Below are positions 62,209 through 64,000 of a stretch of DNA of 64,000 nt, in pieces. Both the position numbers and the translations under genes were made by a program. Source of the stretch: Paraphysomonas bandaiensis (lineage: Eukaryota > Protista > Chrysophyceae); assembly GCA_965644295.1 (NCBI GenBank), contig CBFFRP010000360.1, forward strand, positions 108,595 through 172,594. Reading direction: 5' to 3'. Numbering within the stretch: the stretch's first letter is position 1; every line of letters starts with the position of its first letter. The notes below the pieces were generated by a model. The model was given only the letters and a program-made list of their open reading frames with translations, had not been told where the DNA came from and made no database searches.

Positions 62209-63973
62209 TCACAGTCCTCTAGTGGATAGATATGCTTCCACAGCACCATTAATGCAGATACACCACCCCCTAGGCAGACACTTGCGCAAATGCAGCGTAC
62301 ACTCACTCTTGCTGAGACGATGTGGGTTAATCATGCCTCCCATATGGTAGGGGGCATTGTCCAATACTAGTATGCAAGGGGTACGAGGATACTTTCTCTT
62401 CCATGTTGGAACAAAACAACAGTTAATCCATTTCTGAAACGACTCGAAATTCATGGCAGTGTGGTAGTCTCCTGATTTTGTATAGAGGAAGGACCACAAC
62501 GTCGACCATAATTTACCTTTTTCATTCTCTAATTGCCAACGAATTGCACCATCAGAAGTTATTGCATCGACAATTATCAAACGATCTCCCTTAGACGACT
62601 TTGTTCCTTGCCGTGTCACTCCTTTGGGTCCTATGCCAGTCTTCCTGCTATGATATCTCCACACCCATGTCTCATCCATGTATGCAATGCAGGCACTCCC
62701 TTGTTTTTCCTTTTTAATTGCATCTGTAGAGACGCTAATGTTAATACACACCATAACAAGTAATAAATGTTACGGTATCACAGCACATACATCATCATCG
62801 GTTTTTGTATATAAAATAACATAATTTCTTCAACAATAACGTACCACTATACAACAGCATAAATCGTCGGATTTGCAGTGTTATTTTTACTGAAGTAGTG
62901 TTATACGGAATGACACCATTAACATAATCAAAGTCAAAACACATTCGTTTTCGTAAAGCGGTGTATATGACACTTTGATGTCAAATTGGTTCTCGAGATA
63001 CCGATGCAGGTCCGCATATGTATGCCTTACACCAACCCGCAATTCATTCATAATGTAGTCATGACATGAAATAAGCATCTCTTTCTGAATTTTCATGTGC
63101 TCATAAACATAGGCCTTGCTGCCTGTACCTCGAGTTGGTGCTATACTGCACGGGGTACAGTACACTTCTTGACCATTTGTGTCATACTCCTGAATGATAT
63201 GTCTAACAGTCGTGTCGCCCATCTGTAATGCGTCAGCAGTAAATTTAATGGCTGCGGTGTGATTGCTTGCTCTCTTCTTCATAATAACATTAGAATAGAT
63301 GCGTAAGACATTAACAACATCATCGAATGATGCCAATTGGCCCTGAGGTCGACATAGCTCCTCCCGAATGGCAACAGCCCTGTCTCTGAAGTCACACTGA
63401 ACTTCTGCTTTTTCCTCCACCACCTCAGGGTCTTCTTGGACTAATTCTTCCTCTATCCCTACTGGACGTCGCCTTGCACGTAATTCTCTTTTCTCTCTAT
63501 TCTTCCTGCCCTTTTGACCGTGCATTGTATCCACTGCAGACCTCTTTCCACGGGATGATTTTCTGACAGATTTTGATCTCTTGTTAATCGCCATGTTTGA
63601 AACAAGCAGGCCCTTAAATAAAAATACCCAACGTGAGATTGTCACCAGTGATGTTGCGATACTTACCACAAAATATGGAGTTCGTTTGAGGTGAAATGCA
63701 AAATATATATTTTGCACGCCACCGGACCTCGAAAATTTTGGGACCACTGTGTTGGCATCATTCTAATATTGGACATAGAGTATGAATGAGATATCTTAAG
63801 CATGCAAATGGAAGCCTGTGACCTGAGTGACAGTGTCAAGTCGGTTTGGAAGGGTGTGTGGGTGCAGTCGTGGTGAAATTGAGAGATTTCCTGAAATATT
63901 ATCAAACTCAATAACTGAAAAAAACGTAACTGTCGACCGTTTTTTGAGCAGTTAGTTATGGGTGAACGAACTG
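62209..63973 (-). mobile_element. IS630/Tc1-mariner-like transposase relic
   Basis: HTH-like ORF from 63594; YMDETW, RLIIVDAI, GDYH and VLDNAPYH. Candidate TIR TA|CAGTTCGTTCACC at 63973; the other end was not found. Confidence 0.75.
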
Positions 63974-64000
63974 TAGTTTTTTTTAAAAATAATATAAAAC

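Overview
Gene-dense eukaryotic nuclear DNA with short GT-AG introns (about 33-60 nt). Gene content suggests a flagellated stramenopile, probably chrysophyte-like; this is an inference. Genes: F-box/ankyrin-repeat protein, ARL3, SAM synthetase, cytochrome c1, a PX-domain protein, an AKAP7-like 2H phosphoesterase, an Sfp-type PPTase, a membrane-anchored S8 subtilase, a large coiled-coil/IQ protein, an EGF/mucin/LRR type I membrane protein, a GON7-like protein, a hybrid histidine kinase, a sulfotransferase and a kinesin-9. A five-exon selenoprotein W (CGGU) that the ORF track misses carries a miniature SECIS lacking the apical AA. The layout is regular. Long (TACA)n arrays lie between divergent gene starts. 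Convergent gaps hold mobile-element islands: hAT relics, a hAT MITE, nested copia elements, and a SINE-like retroposon with 10-14 bp TSDs and a possible HDV-like ribozyme head. Crypton and IS630/Tc1 relics end the window. A hairpin-rich candidate ncRNA cluster lies at about 25.93-26.47 kb. All calls were made by eye and no searches were run.
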